Below, one piece after another: positions 1-10,014 of a DNA stretch of 64,000 nt; within the stretch, counting starts at the first letter, position 1; each line of letters opens with the position of its first letter. The stretch is from an uncultured virus (IMG/VR IMGVR_UViG_3300031088_000740) (taxonomy: Duplodnaviria > Heunggongvirae > Uroviricota > Caudoviricetes), in IMG/VR virus record IMGVR_UViG_3300031088_000740; one strand, written 5' to 3'. Both the position numbers and the translations under genes were made by a program. The notes beneath the pieces were generated by a model that worked only from the letters and a program-made list of their open reading frames with translations, was not told where the DNA came from and did no database searches.

Positions 1-816
1 TCAGCCAAGAAGAGAGGACAGCAGCGTGCTATCAATACCCTGAATCTTGGACTTAACGATAGTAGCAACATCCGCCGAAGTAGTCTTCAAAGCGGAGGTT
101 ATCTCGGCAAGATTCACGTCACTCTGAATCAACTCAATCGTAAGATCGTCGTTGCAGTCCAGTTGCAGCATTGCAAGATGCGTCGCGTCGTATTCGTTAG
201 AGACAAAGAAGTCATCAAGCGCTGTCGAGACAGTACGTGACTTCAAAGCGTTGACAGTTACCACCGAGCTAGCGCTAAAAGCCCTAATCGTGTTGCGACC
301 ATAAGTGAGCTTCATGGACTCCTGAGTGACAACTCCGGTCTGAATAAGCCGGACAATAGAGGCAGAGGCATCCACGCCACAGGTCATCATTAGCTGAGCT
401 ATTGCTGCGTCTAATCCGAACAAATCCACCGCAAGACCCCACGAGGTGTTCAGGGTCGAAAGATCATCGGTAGTGACTTTTTTCGTCAGCGAGTATCTGC
501 CCTTATCGGAGATGAACTTGACGTGCTGATTGAAAATATCAGGATTGAGGGCAAATCCATGAGCAAGCATCCGAGCATATACAACCTGCTGGTCATTGAC
601 CGGAAGGCTTTCAACAGACACAGAGAAAAGCGATGCCACGAATTCCGTAGCAATGAGGTTCGAGTCGTAAGCGTCAACTACATCGAGAAAAGATTCAAGA
701 TGGGGCAGAGGAAGCATACTCCCAAACAGCGAGAATGCATCAAGGGGCTGAGCGTATGCCTTGTCGTGGTCATACGACTCGGAGGTTGCCCTCTTGATAG
801 TCCTGGTGCTTGTCAT
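1..816 (-). CDS. hypothetical protein
   Basis: 271 aa ORF; leaderless-type TAGAGT-N6-ATG upstream. Confidence 0.6.
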   Translation of the reverse strand: MTSTRTIKRATSESYDHDKAYAQPLDAFSLFGSMLPLPHLESFLDVVDAYDSNLIATEFVASLFSVSVESLPVNDQQVVYARMLAHGFALNPDIFNQHVKFISDKGRYSLTKKVTTDDLSTLNTSWGLAVDLFGLDAAIAQLMMTCGVDASASIVRLIQTGVVTQESMKLTYGRNTIRAFSASSVVTVNALKSRTVSTALDDFFVSNEYDATHLAMLQLDCNDDLTIELIQSDVNLAEITSALKTTSADVATIVKSKIQGIDSTLLSSLLG

Positions 817-847
817 ACAAACACTCTAATGCAGAATCTACCTATAG

Positions 848-1432
848 TCAAGCAACAGCGATGACGGACTTGATGAGGTAGTCGATGTCTTCCTCATGCC
901 TCACCAAGAACTCGCGGTCTTCGTAAGAGGCATGCACTGTAATCGCTAGCTCTCCCTTGACAAAGGCGTATCGGTATTGCCAAAGGGAGTAGTCATCTCT
1001 GAAAATACGCTTCTTGGTGATGTTCCTGAATGCCTTCAAGCCCGTCCCCAAGTTCTCCGAGAAGAATGGAACCATTGACTCATCGCCCTCTTCATTGGGA
1101 AGTAGTGAAGAAAGCTCGATTGAACCATCTTCATTCATGTCGAACATGATGGTGACGTTCATGATGTGCTCACCGATCTCTTCAAGGAGAACAAAACGAT
1201 GCTCGAACTCGTTGCTCGACTCCGCAAGTCTTTCGAGGTAGCGACAGATACTCATTGCCGCTTCTTGGTCTAGACCTTTATCTTCGGAGATCTCTACTGA
1301 CTTCTCCCACGCCCACTTCTTAGGGCTGCTATATCCTTCGGGGAGAGCCATCGGGATATACAGCCACTTCTTCGAGTCGAAATCAACCAGGATTCCAATA
1401 CCATCACTCAATTTTGAACGCTCCATTGTCAT
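848..1432 (-). CDS. hypothetical protein (start moved to MTMERS)
   Basis: AGGAAGG RBS before ATG at 1432; overlaps the end of the upstream membrane gene. Confidence 0.55.
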   Translation of the reverse strand: MTMERSKLSDGIGILVDFDSKKWLYIPMALPEGYSSPKKWAWEKSVEISEDKGLDQEAAMSICRYLERLAESSNEFEHRFVLLEEIGEHIMNVTIMFDMNEDGSIELSSLLPNEEGDESMVPFFSENLGTGLKAFRNITKKRIFRDDYSLWQYRYAFVKGELAITVHASYEDREFLVRHEEDIDYLIKSVIAVA

Positions 1433-1853
1433 AGCCTTCCTGACGGAAGTTTGCAGTAATCGATAGCTTGCGCGGTTGTAGTGTGCGCGGGTAAGCATCC
1501 CTATGAGACGCTTGTCTTCCAATGAAGATGTTGCATATTCCTGTGATGACCCAAGGCATCGCAATAAGCGCCAAAATGAGCGTCAGATGACCACTTTCAA
1601 CAGCGAGAATGTTGACCATGATAGACACACCGAAAGAGATGAGGGTGGCGTAACGGAAGAACTCAATGAACCGGGCAGAGCTAACTATCTGCTTGGTTAC
1701 GCGCACCGACGACTTAGGATTACCCGTCTCCATTTTTGAGTACCAGTCGCCACATTTAACTGTCCACCTGATGTAGGCGACCGAGTAAACAAGTGCAAGG
1801 AGTGTGTAGACACCCCAAAGACCGTATACGATCATGGGCAGATTGGTGAACAT
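1404..1853 (-). CDS. membrane protein (about 3 TM)
   Basis: hydrophobic stretches; TAGCAT-N6-ATG. Confidence 0.6.
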   Translation of the reverse strand: MFTNLPMIVYGLWGVYTLLALVYSVAYIRWTVKCGDWYSKMETGNPKSSVRVTKQIVSSARFIEFFRYATLISFGVSIMVNILAVESGHLTLILALIAMPWVITGICNIFIGRQASHRDAYPRTLQPRKLSITANFRQEGYDNGAFKIE

Positions 1854-1885
1854 GCAGAGATGCTAGCACGTCTGCTTTGGGTAGC

Positions 1886-2317
1886 TTATGGAAGAGTGGT
1901 GATTCCTGATGGAATAACGACACCTTTGGCTACCAGTTCCGAGATATCCGTAGCCGGTGCATCAAACCAGTAAACATCAGCGACACCACTAACCCGATAA
2001 GCGGTTTCTCCACTATCAGTAGAGCCGCTAATGATGTAACCAGACTCAGAGGTGATGACCCTCACACCTTCGGGAAGGGCTGCTGGCGTAGAGTAGATGG
2101 TAGACATAGCATATTCGTACTCTAGCTGCGTAGCTACTGTCGTTATGTTTTGAGCCACGACAGTGCGTCTTGCTTCATCGATACGCTCTGCGCTCTGGGT
2201 ACCTGGCTGAGTGGTGATGGTGTCACTCACCGACTCTGTAACTGCACAGGCTGAAAGCCCAATGACGCTCGCGGCAACAATTGTTGATACAGATAGGAGC
2301 TTTGCTAACTTGTTCAT
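1886..2317 (-). CDS. putative lipoprotein
   Basis: signal peptide with lipobox LSAC. Confidence 0.6.
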   Translation of the reverse strand: MNKLAKLLSVSTIVAASVIGLSACAVTESVSDTITTQPGTQSAERIDEARRTVVAQNITTVATQLEYEYAMSTIYSTPAALPEGVRVITSESGYIISGSTDSGETAYRVSGVADVYWFDAPATDISELVAKGVVIPSGITTLP

Positions 2318-2430
2318 GGTTTCCTCGAAGACTCACGACTTTTGCCGTACCAGTATTCTAATCGGACAAATCCGTCAAACACTCAGTACCGATACTTCGA
2401 TTTGCAATTCGATTCAGGTATGCTGATGCC

Positions 2431-2877
2431 ATGAATACAGACGAAGCACGAGTGATTGTCAAGGGTAATGACTCAGTATCGGGATTCTGGCTCTTTATCG
2501 TCAGCGTTCTAGCTGTGCTCACTCTAATCGTCGTGTTCGTTAGCTCGGATGTGGGATGGGGCAAGCCGACTGCTCAGCAACTAGTTAACTCAGTGACTTC
2601 CGATGGACCAGAAGTGGTATTCACGAATGGATGGGAGAACTGTGGAGGCTCTGGCGGTCATCAGGGTGGGTGCTTCAACCCCTACACGCCAGACAAGATT
2701 TACGTATCACCTGATCTTCGCTACTCGCTCATGAAGTACATCGTTCTACACGAGACGACGCACTACGAGCAGTTCCACGCGGGCAGGGAACTAAATGAGT
2801 GCGAAGCAGATGAGCAGGCTAAGGAGTGGGGAGCCGATATCTCTCCAAGCGTTTACTATGACCAGTGTGACAACTAG
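2431..2877 (+). CDS. membrane-anchored zincin-like metallopeptidase
   Basis: N-terminal TM, HETTH (HExxH) and downstream ECEAD; TATGCT-N6-ATG. Confidence 0.6.
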   Translation: MNTDEARVIVKGNDSVSGFWLFIVSVLAVLTLIVVFVSSDVGWGKPTAQQLVNSVTSDGPEVVFTNGWENCGGSGGHQGGCFNPYTPDKIYVSPDLRYSLMKYIVLHETTHYEQFHAGRELNECEADEQAKEWGADISPSVYYDQCDN

Positions 2878-3593
2878 CTCTGAGCGTACTTCTGACCCGA
2901 GTCATAGCCGTGGTAAGCCTTGTCACGACCATATAGATAATCGCCGTAACGAACTTCTCCTACGAGATCTTTCAGCTTTGTTATGGCTTCACGACACCCC
3001 TTGAAAGCCTTACGCGCCTCGTACTCGGACTCGTATCCCATTTCTTCCATGAAGGACTTGAATCCAGACTGGTTGGTGCTGTAACCCTCGCCAACCAGCG
3101 CGTCAGAAGCGATAGATGACATGACATCTCCCATTTTAGGAGCAGTTGTCCAACCACTGCCAGTGAAGTAGGGAATCTCGATGGTCCTGAACTTACCCTT
3201 GTTCCCATCAAAGCAGTCCAAGGTTACTTCATACTGATAACCGTTGTCCGTACCAACCAATTTGGCGGTAGCAACAACGCCATCCTCTCCGGCTAGGAAG
3301 GGTACTCTACTGTCCATATCGTCAAATTCTTCGCTGTACTCCATCAGCGTATTTCCGTCATCATCCGAGACAACGTTCTCGAAGATCTCACTTGACTCGA
3401 AATCGTATCCGAGCAGTTCAGTATTCACGCCGCGCGGAGGAATGGGGTTATTTGATGATGCCACTTTGGATGCAGAAGGCGGCATCGCCACACCATCAAT
3501 TCGGGTGGCGCTAATGCCACCATCAGCCTTCTTGTGGCGCGTGGTGGTTACACCATTCTTATCGACGACGGTGGTCGGAATTAGGTTTGACAT
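2874..3593 (-). CDS. DKNG-tag protein, unknown payload
   Basis: MSNLIPTTVVDKNGVTTTRHKK N-terminus; GAGAAGAG RBS. Confidence 0.7.
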   Translation of the reverse strand: MSNLIPTTVVDKNGVTTTRHKKADGGISATRIDGVAMPPSASKVASSNNPIPPRGVNTELLGYDFESSEIFENVVSDDDGNTLMEYSEEFDDMDSRVPFLAGEDGVVATAKLVGTDNGYQYEVTLDCFDGNKGKFRTIEIPYFTGSGWTTAPKMGDVMSSIASDALVGEGYSTNQSGFKSFMEEMGYESEYEARKAFKGCREAITKLKDLVGEVRYGDYLYGRDKAYHGYDSGQKYAQS

Positions 3594-3828
3594 CGTGCTC
3601 TTCTCGATAAGTGAAATCAATCACTTGAATCTGTGTTCGGGTTGTTGAGGTGCTTTCAGCGCCATGACTAAATGGTAGTTCAATAAATTGTAGTGCCGAA
3701 GCGAAATCGGCGCTACTTGGCTCTCACTCTTTTGCTTACTCGCTATACATCATAGCAAAGACATATGACAGGCTCGACTAACAGTTTGCTTGACCCTCCG
3801 TGACCATTCTGTTACCGTTGGTTTCTCT

Positions 3829-4512
3829 ATGACTTATTCAAGCACACTAATCCAAAAGTTCGCTCCAGGTTTAGCGCTCGTATGTGTAGGAGGAATGCTT
3901 GTTGGTTCTACCCCGCCCGCAATGGCAGCGCCAGAATCAGTAACGCACGAAAGCATCTATGTATCTCCTGAGACCCAAGAGTACGCAGCCCCCTCTACCG
4001 CTACTGCCGCAGATCTTTCACGAGACTCTTACTCTGTAACCACCCCGCCGCCCATTCCTGTTGTGACCGACCCTACGTCGCCTTCTTATGCAATGGTATC
4101 TCGCGGGGCTACACCCTCAACATCAGGTCAGCCCGGAGCCGTAGCGAGCGTCGTAGCGCCTTCACAGACCTACAGCGGTGCTGCTGTCATCGCCTATGCC
4201 GATCAGTTCGTGGGTGTTGTTCCTTACGGCAACGGCAACAATCCCGCTGATAGCTTTAGCTGTGACGGCTTGGTTCAATACGTTATGGCTGCATTCGGCA
4301 AGTCACTACCGCGTGGGGCTGATTCACAAGGCAGCATGGGTACCGTCATTCCTGCCTCTCAGGCTGTTGCTGGCGACCTACTCTGGTACCCCGGTCAGCA
4401 CATCGGAATCTACGATGGCAATGGAGGCATGATCGACTCGCCTGATTGGGGTAGGAAGGTTCTTCATCGTAACTTCGTATGGGGCAGCCCCCTGTACGTT
4501 CGACTCCCATAG
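3829..4512 (+). CDS. secreted NlpC/P60 peptidoglycan endopeptidase
   Basis: signal peptide; FSCDGLVQY (Cys) ... GDLLWYPGQHIGIYDGNGGMIDS. Confidence 0.9.
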   Translation: MTYSSTLIQKFAPGLALVCVGGMLVGSTPPAMAAPESVTHESIYVSPETQEYAAPSTATAADLSRDSYSVTTPPPIPVVTDPTSPSYAMVSRGATPSTSGQPGAVASVVAPSQTYSGAAVIAYADQFVGVVPYGNGNNPADSFSCDGLVQYVMAAFGKSLPRGADSQGSMGTVIPASQAVAGDLLWYPGQHIGIYDGNGGMIDSPDWGRKVLHRNFVWGSPLYVRLP

Positions 4513-4519
4513 TCACGCC

Positions 4520-4554
4520 AAAGCCCCGGTCGAGTAAATTCGACCGGGGCTTTT
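4520..4554. terminator. bidirectional intrinsic terminator
   Basis: AAAGCCCCGGTCGA-loop-TCGACCGGGGCTTTT between convergent genes. Confidence 0.85.
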
Positions 4555-5178
4555 CTAGCTAGCTGCCAAGACCTGCTTGCGTCTGACTTCTAGGATGTTC
4601 ATAAGAAGCTCGCCTTGCTCCTTTGCGTCATCCAAAGGGTCATGAGTGTGCTTTCGATTTGACCTCACCTCGCTACTCATCAGCCTCTTACCGGACAGCG
4701 CGATAGGGGTGTCAAAGGTTGATGCATAGTCAGTCTTGATATCTCGGTGACGACCATGACCAAACGGTGACTCAATCTCAGAGAACTTGACTAGATACCA
4801 ATAGAAGAACATCCAATCGAAAGCCAGTGGGAATGCTACCGCTACCGGTGATGTGGCATCATACCGAGCAGTCGTGTCGTTTATCCACTGAGCAAATCTG
4901 GTCATCCCGATTACGGGGTCTTCGCCATGCTCCATGAAGTAGTCACGGTCGTGACCGCTAACCGCCAATGTAGCGGGAATCCAGTTGTCAGAGATTGGCT
5001 TGAGTTCAACCATGAACCCGTTTGCTTGGTCGTCTAAATCGAGACGAGTGTATGAGCCATCTTCTTCACGGATACCTACCACAACAGCGCCGAGCGAAAC
5101 CATAGAGAAGTCACCCGGAATCTTACCGTCACATTCGATATCGACCGAAAAGTAGATCTCTCTTACGCGCTCACTCAT
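4555..5178 (-). CDS. DEDDh 3'-5' exonuclease (RNase AS/DUF5051-like)
   Basis: SVDIECDG, AFDWMF, HTHDPLDDAKEQ motifs. Confidence 0.8.
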   Translation of the reverse strand: MSERVREIYFSVDIECDGKIPGDFSMVSLGAVVVGIREEDGSYTRLDLDDQANGFMVELKPISDNWIPATLAVSGHDRDYFMEHGEDPVIGMTRFAQWINDTTARYDATSPVAVAFPLAFDWMFFYWYLVKFSEIESPFGHGRHRDIKTDYASTFDTPIALSGKRLMSSEVRSNRKHTHDPLDDAKEQGELLMNILEVRRKQVLAAS

Positions 5179-5199
5179 GGGTCGAGGCTATCATGGTAC

Positions 5200-5907
5200 T
5201 CAAATCTTCTCTAGATCGGTAATTGCGGCTCGAATGTCATCAACCTTATGATCGGTAGTCTCTGACCAATTATTGAGCGTCTCGATGAGCGAAGCGATGA
5301 TCTTCTCACGCTGTGCATTCTTGATCTCGTCCTCGGTGAGTTCGGGAATGGTGTAGGTCCACGGAGCAAGGGTTCCGGGATCTCCTTCTAGATCTCGGAA
5401 CCGAGGTCCGCTCTGCACCTCGGGACTAAGGTTCTCCCAGATACTCTCGGAACTAGGAACTACCATCTTCTTTTCTTCGACAGCGATGATGTAGTGGCTT
5501 TTGTGGACAGAGCCGTCCTTCTCACGATAAGGCTTCTCAAACGACCAGTCACCGATTAGTTCCAGAAGTTGAAGCTTCTTGGTGCTATCCTCAGGATCGA
5601 TGACAACAGTCCCCCGAATGAGTCTACTGATACCCTCATCGTAATGAAGAACCTGACCTACCTCGGTTGACTCCCAGAAGTCTTCGGTTTCTTCCTTCGC
5701 AGACGTAAAGGTGCTTTGCCAGAAGAGGATTCCTCTCACCTCGCTCACAGAGAAAGGTCGCTCATTGATACCCCACTTGTTTTCGTCTGCAACGGCAAAA
5801 GCAAGATCGCCAAGCAAGCGAACGATGGTGAAGCGAATGGGTTCACCAAGGTAGCTAAATGGGAACGACTTGCCAACAAGCTCATCGGTAGGGGTGTATT
5901 CAGGCAT
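5200..5907 (-). CDS. hypothetical protein
   Basis: 235 aa ORF with AAGGAAG RBS. Confidence 0.6.
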   Translation of the reverse strand: MPEYTPTDELVGKSFPFSYLGEPIRFTIVRLLGDLAFAVADENKWGINERPFSVSEVRGILFWQSTFTSAKEETEDFWESTEVGQVLHYDEGISRLIRGTVVIDPEDSTKKLQLLELIGDWSFEKPYREKDGSVHKSHYIIAVEEKKMVVPSSESIWENLSPEVQSGPRFRDLEGDPGTLAPWTYTIPELTEDEIKNAQREKIIASLIETLNNWSETTDHKVDDIRAAITDLEKI

Positions 5908-5915
5908 TTTCTTCC

Positions 5916-6728
5916 TTAGAAAAGTCGGGCGTACTCGCGAGCCGAGTTGATAAGTTCGTCATCCGAGTAGAGGTGCAGACCAATCTCAGTCCACTCACCG
6001 TTATCCCACGAAAGAGCATTGTCCCAGGGGCAGATGACCCGTCGCCACGTGAAGTTCTTGCTCTCTTCGCCAGAATGCGGGTTGACACGACTGTAGTGCA
6101 CAATCATGCAGTTCTGGATCTTGTACGCGGGGTCTTTGTCCATCTTGATCCACTGATCCGGGGTCATCTGCTCGATGACAAAGAGTGCCACTCGGATTAG
6201 TTCGCCGTGAGCTACCGCGACGACATCATCAGTGATGTTTCCGTCATCGTTCTTTCGGTAGAGCATGTCCATGATGGCGGTGAATCGAGCGCGGACACCA
6301 GTAGCGAGAGACTCTCCACCTGCGGGCTTCCAGTACCACTCGTTCTGCTTCTTGAGCTTCATCGACTCAGGGAAGCGCTCTTCCTGCTCCTTCTTGGTCA
6401 GGGCAGCAAGCTCGCCCCAATCGCGCTCACGCCAGCGGTCATCCACTCGCCACTGACCGCCAAGGTGAAGGTTACCTGCGGTCTCTCGTGTGCGAGTGTG
6501 CGGGGAAACGTAGAAACGCTGAAAGTCTGCAAGACCGTTTTCACGAAGCCAGTCACCAGCAACGCGAGCCTGCTTGGAACCCTTGGGAGAAAGGCGCATG
6601 TTCGAATCGTGGCGCGAGTTGAACTCAGCCGGAGGCATGATGGTGTTCCCGTCATCATCGATTCCAGCTTGGAAGATATTGGCTTCGGACTGACCGTGGC
6701 GGATGATTACCAGATTCTTGGGGAGCAT
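5916..6728 (-). CDS. histidine phosphatase (phosphoglycerate mutase family)
   Basis: IIRHGQSEAN, SPHTRTRET, RERDWG, GGES, VAHG motifs. Confidence 0.9.
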   Translation of the reverse strand: MLPKNLVIIRHGQSEANIFQAGIDDDGNTIMPPAEFNSRHDSNMRLSPKGSKQARVAGDWLRENGLADFQRFYVSPHTRTRETAGNLHLGGQWRVDDRWRERDWGELAALTKKEQEERFPESMKLKKQNEWYWKPAGGESLATGVRARFTAIMDMLYRKNDDGNITDDVVAVAHGELIRVALFVIEQMTPDQWIKMDKDPAYKIQNCMIVHYSRVNPHSGEESKNFTWRRVICPWDNALSWDNGEWTEIGLHLYSDDELINSAREYARLF

Positions 6729-6822
6729 GTGCTTTCCTTTCTACAATTCAACTGTACATGAGGCTAGATACAAAAGCAAACGCCGCCTCAAACCAGAGAC
6801 GGCGTTTGACGGTCTTCATGCC

Positions 6823-7074
6823 TTAGGACTTGAAGAAGGCACCTCGTAGAGCCTTATGGGCGGCTTCTTTATCGGCACCCTCCTTGACCTCTCCGATGAC
6901 GTGGATGGTGTTGTCATCGATGATTGCGACTGTACCGCCAATGAAGTACAAACGCCCCGTGATGCTGCCGAGAAGAGCACCAAGAGATTCATGAGCCTTC
7001 TTGTTCTGCTCGTTGACATCGGTCAAGTTACGAAGTCGAATCTCAACGGTGTTTGGATGGTTGATAAGTGACAT
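6823..7074 (-). CDS. hypothetical protein
   Basis: 83 aa ORF, AGAGGA RBS, followed by a hairpin at about 6777-6808. Confidence 0.55.
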   Translation of the reverse strand: MSLINHPNTVEIRLRNLTDVNEQNKKAHESLGALLGSITGRLYFIGGTVAIIDDNTIHVIGEVKEGADKEAAHKALRGAFFKS

Positions 7075-7085
7075 GAGTCCTCTTT

Positions 7086-7538
7086 CTACTTTGCCTGGGA
7101 TGCTCGGAAGTTGAGCTTGATTGCGCCAGTTTCGCCCAATCCTAACGCGCTATCAGTGACCAAAACGATTTTCCCTTCAATCGTTTGAGAGACGGCGATG
7201 GTTTGTGGCTGAAGCTCCTTGCCATCAAAACCCACTATGGTGATAGTCGCAAGGTTCTTCTCAAACAGAGAGCCGGACTTCTCGATACCAATTTCATCAA
7301 TAAGTCCCGGAGTATCACCAGTGTTGGTGATGACAATACTCTTGGTCTGAGTCTGACCAGGAGCCAGTGCTGCAAACTGAATCGGCTTGTTCTCATCAAA
7401 AGGTTCACCGTCGATAGATGCGGTCACAGCAAAGTTGCTGGGTGCCGGATCTTCCTGTGTAGACGCACAACCATAGGTAGCCATAACGGCGATACCCAGG
7501 ACCAAAACAAGAACACGCTTATGTAGTCTTCTAGACAT
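7086..7538 (-). CDS. putative lipoprotein with beta-sandwich domain
   Basis: signal peptide ending TYGC; ITNTGD motif. Confidence 0.55.
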   Translation of the reverse strand: MSRRLHKRVLVLVLGIAVMATYGCASTQEDPAPSNFAVTASIDGEPFDENKPIQFAALAPGQTQTKSIVITNTGDTPGLIDEIGIEKSGSLFEKNLATITIVGFDGKELQPQTIAVSQTIEGKIVLVTDSALGLGETGAIKLNFRASQAK

Positions 7539-7971
7539 TAGGTGCATCCAATCGGAATAGCTTGTGGAGGCTTACTGGATCATTGGCGACAAGACCGTCT
7601 GCGTTATCGACTAGCCACTGTCGAGCAGCATGTACAGCTTCATCGAACTTAGACCAGTCGCCATCTACTTCATCGAACTCGTAGTACATATCAATCTGGC
7701 TTGAAACATCTGGATCATTCGGCTTGGTTGAGTAGATCACCAATCCGTCATTGTCGTAATCGAGATAAAGCATGCCTGTGTTGGTATCTAGTGGGTCTCC
7801 CCACGCTGCAATCCAACCGCCGAAAGTCTTGATGTCTTCGAGGTCTCCATAGCCAGAAATGCTAGGAATAGGAGTGCGAGGATTTGATACTGCCTGAATC
7901 AACGACATCACTTTACGCATCTGGTGCACCACACGACCTGATCCGGTCTTTAGGTAATCCGCGTCGTACAA
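7531..7971 (-). CDS. hypothetical protein
   Basis: AAGGAGGGG RBS before TTG start. Confidence 0.55.
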   Translation of the reverse strand: MYDADYLKTGSGRVVHQMRKVMSLIQAVSNPRTPIPSISGYGDLEDIKTFGGWIAAWGDPLDTNTGMLYLDYDNDGLVIYSTKPNDPDVSSQIDMYYEFDEVDGDWSKFDEAVHAARQWLVDNADGLVANDPVSLHKLFRLDAPNV

Positions 7972-8079
7972 GCTATCCCCTCCTTATGTATGAATCAAGA
8001 GTAGTGCATCTTTGCTCATATGGCAATGATCAGGTTGGTTAGGTCTAGCTAATCAACAGCAAAGGTGTAGAATCACTTC

Positions 8080-8412
8080 ATGAACGACTCACCCGTACTT
8101 CTCACAGAACAAGCATCCTCCAAAGTAGACGAACTCCTTACCCGCGAAGGCAGAGATGATCTGCGCCTGAGAGTTGCTGTTCAGCCGGGTGGTTGTTCAG
8201 GACTCATCTATCAGATCTACTTCGATGAGCGACTTATGGATGCTGATAGCACGTATGAGTTCGGTAGCGTCGAGCTAGTTGTGGACAAAATGAGCGCACC
8301 CTACCTAGACGGCTCAACCATCGATTTCGTCGATAGCTTGGAGAAGCAAGGGTTCACTATCGACAACCCCAATGCAGCAGGTTCATGTGCTTGCGGAGAC
8401 AGCTTCCACTAA
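8080..8412 (+). CDS. iscA: A-type Fe-S carrier protein (IscA/ErpA/HesB family)
   Basis: GGCSG and C-terminal NPNAAGSCACGDSF signature; TAGAAT-N6-ATG. Confidence 0.95.
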   Translation: MNDSPVLLTEQASSKVDELLTREGRDDLRLRVAVQPGGCSGLIYQIYFDERLMDADSTYEFGSVELVVDKMSAPYLDGSTIDFVDSLEKQGFTIDNPNAAGSCACGDSFH

Positions 8413-8450
8413 GTTTGCGTCAGGCGCATTTCGTGTGCAACCATTAGCGC

Positions 8451-8936
8451 ATGACCATCAAGCATTCGTACGGGATTGTTCTCTACCGGACAGGCAAACA
8501 CGGCAAGGTAGAAATCTTCCTCTGTAAGGCGAATGGCATTCGCTACTGGTCTTCATTGAGAACAAAAATCTGGGGCATTCCCAAGGGTCGTCCAGAGCTA
8601 GATGAGTCTCCTATGCAGACAGCAATGAGGGAGTTTCACGAAGAAACAGGGAACTTGGCACCAGGCATCTCGTATAGCAAACTCTGTGACTTTCAAACAC
8701 CCCACAACAAAATCATCACTGCTTTTATCGGAGACGCTACCGCAGTAAAGGGCATCAAGTTTCGAGGATCGAACGTCATCGAAGCTGAATACCCCGCTGG
8801 CAGCGGAACGATAGTGAGATACCCTGAGATTGCTGATGCCCGGTGGATTGAGTTGGATAAGGCAGAGAACATCATGATGTTTGGGCAAAAAGACATGCTT
8901 CATGACATCAAGAAACACATCAAGAAGCATGCATGA
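8451..8936 (+). CDS. NUDIX hydrolase
   Basis: WGIPKGRPELDESPMQTAMREFHEETG Nudix box. Confidence 0.9.
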   Translation: MTIKHSYGIVLYRTGKHGKVEIFLCKANGIRYWSSLRTKIWGIPKGRPELDESPMQTAMREFHEETGNLAPGISYSKLCDFQTPHNKIITAFIGDATAVKGIKFRGSNVIEAEYPAGSGTIVRYPEIADARWIELDKAENIMMFGQKDMLHDIKKHIKKHA

Positions 8937-8973
8937 CAAAGGCTCCGAGGGTATGAAACTCTCGGAGCCTTTG
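8937..8973. terminator. bidirectional intrinsic terminator
   Basis: CAAAGGCTCCGAG-loop-CTCGGAGCCTTTG. Confidence 0.8.
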
Positions 8974-8976
8974 CTT

Positions 8977-9561
8977 TTACCACCACCACGACATGCTGTG
9001 CCTGTGCTGTGACACATCCATGTCGCTGTCATCTACATCGCCGTTGGCGTTGTACTCTTTTGCGTACCCGATGAGGGTGTCGCGGCTCTTTCTTCTGGAG
9101 CTACCGCTGAGGATTGCTCGGTCTTCCTGTGTGGAGAAGCCGTGGCGGTGCTTGCTTTCCTCAGGTGGCATCTCGGGTGTGCAGGGCAATGTACCGTTGC
9201 GGAATCGCTGTGACTCTTTGGTGTACTTCTGTCCTGCTGTGCACTCATCGGGGTAGACGAAATCGACCACTAACTCGAAGGCTGGGAACCAGCCCCAATC
9301 GTACTCGACTTCCACCCAGTACTCCTTGTAGAGTTCCCTGTGGATTCGAGCCTGTAGTTCTGTTACGCCGTTCTCGTACCCCTTTGACCAATCGAACCCG
9401 ATTCTCGTACCCTTGTTGTGGTAGTAGAGTGGTTCGCCTTCTTCGCTTACCAAGTACTGCCTTTTGTAGACGGTCTTGCCGCAGAGTAGGTGTTTGTGGT
9501 TCGTGAGTGTGCTGTCGTTCTCGCGCACCCAGTATGGTCTATCTTTTCTTGTTCTCGACAT
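8977..9561 (-). CDS. hypothetical protein (MSRTRKDRP..., C-terminal WWW) behind a leader/hairpin
   Basis: ORF; basic N-terminus; alternative start at 9573. Confidence 0.65.
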   Translation of the reverse strand: MSRTRKDRPYWVRENDSTLTNHKHLLCGKTVYKRQYLVSEEGEPLYYHNKGTRIGFDWSKGYENGVTELQARIHRELYKEYWVEVEYDWGWFPAFELVVDFVYPDECTAGQKYTKESQRFRNGTLPCTPEMPPEESKHRHGFSTQEDRAILSGSSRRKSRDTLIGYAKEYNANGDVDDSDMDVSQHRHSMSWWW

Positions 9562-9618
9562 TGCTCGGTCCATTCAGGACCGTAGATGTAGTCAAATCAC
9601 TACTCGGATCTACGGTCT

Positions 9619-9657
9619 CTAATGACCGTAGAAGGTGAGGATGCTGTTCATATTCAT
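9619..9657 (-). CDS. putative leader peptide MNMNSILTFYGH-amber
   Basis: AAGGGA RBS, ATGs at 9657 and 9651, TAG at 9621-9619 inside the hairpin 9566-9628. Confidence 0.55.
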   Translation of the reverse strand: MNMNSILTFYGH

Positions 9658-9683
9658 TCCCTTGGTTGTAAGTTGCTAGTGAA

Positions 9684-9713
9684 ACGATAGCATAGGAAAT
9701 TAGCACCAGTCAA
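9684..9713 (-). promoter_or_regulatory. SigA-type promoter TTGACT-N18-TATCGT (extended TGn)
   Basis: consensus match upstream of the leader peptide. Confidence 0.65.
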
Positions 9714-9726
9714 TACATCCACTTGG

Positions 9727-10014
9727 TTACTCAAACGGATTGACTCTCATGATGCGGCAGTCGCAGCCCCATCTAGTAGCCTTATCAAAAGCAGCTTGGT
9801 AGTCATTCATGACACAATTCGAATGCCAAACGTCCTCTCCTGACTCTTCATCGTATTCATCCCAACCCACGTCGTACAAAGTGCCCACTTCTGCGTCTCT
9901 GGTCTTCCAACCTTCTGATTGAGCCATGCTGAAATACTCCAAAGCGAGAATAGCTATCTCTTCTGGACCAGCACCTTCTATCTCTGCGATGAATTTGGCT
10001 GCAATGACACTCAT
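9727..10014 (-). CDS. hypothetical acidic protein
   Basis: 95 aa; TAATG stop/start coupling with the upstream Pth2-HD gene. Confidence 0.6.
   Translation of the reverse strand: MSVIAAKFIAEIEGAGPEEIAILALEYFSMAQSEGWKTRDAEVGTLYDVGWDEYDEESGEDVWHSNCVMNDYQAAFDKATRWGCDCRIMRVNPFE

Noticed and set aside
9561..9657. Leader fused to the MSRT ORF by read-through
   Set aside because: The leader is in frame, but a further TAG and two TGA stops intervene, so structural coupling is more plausible.
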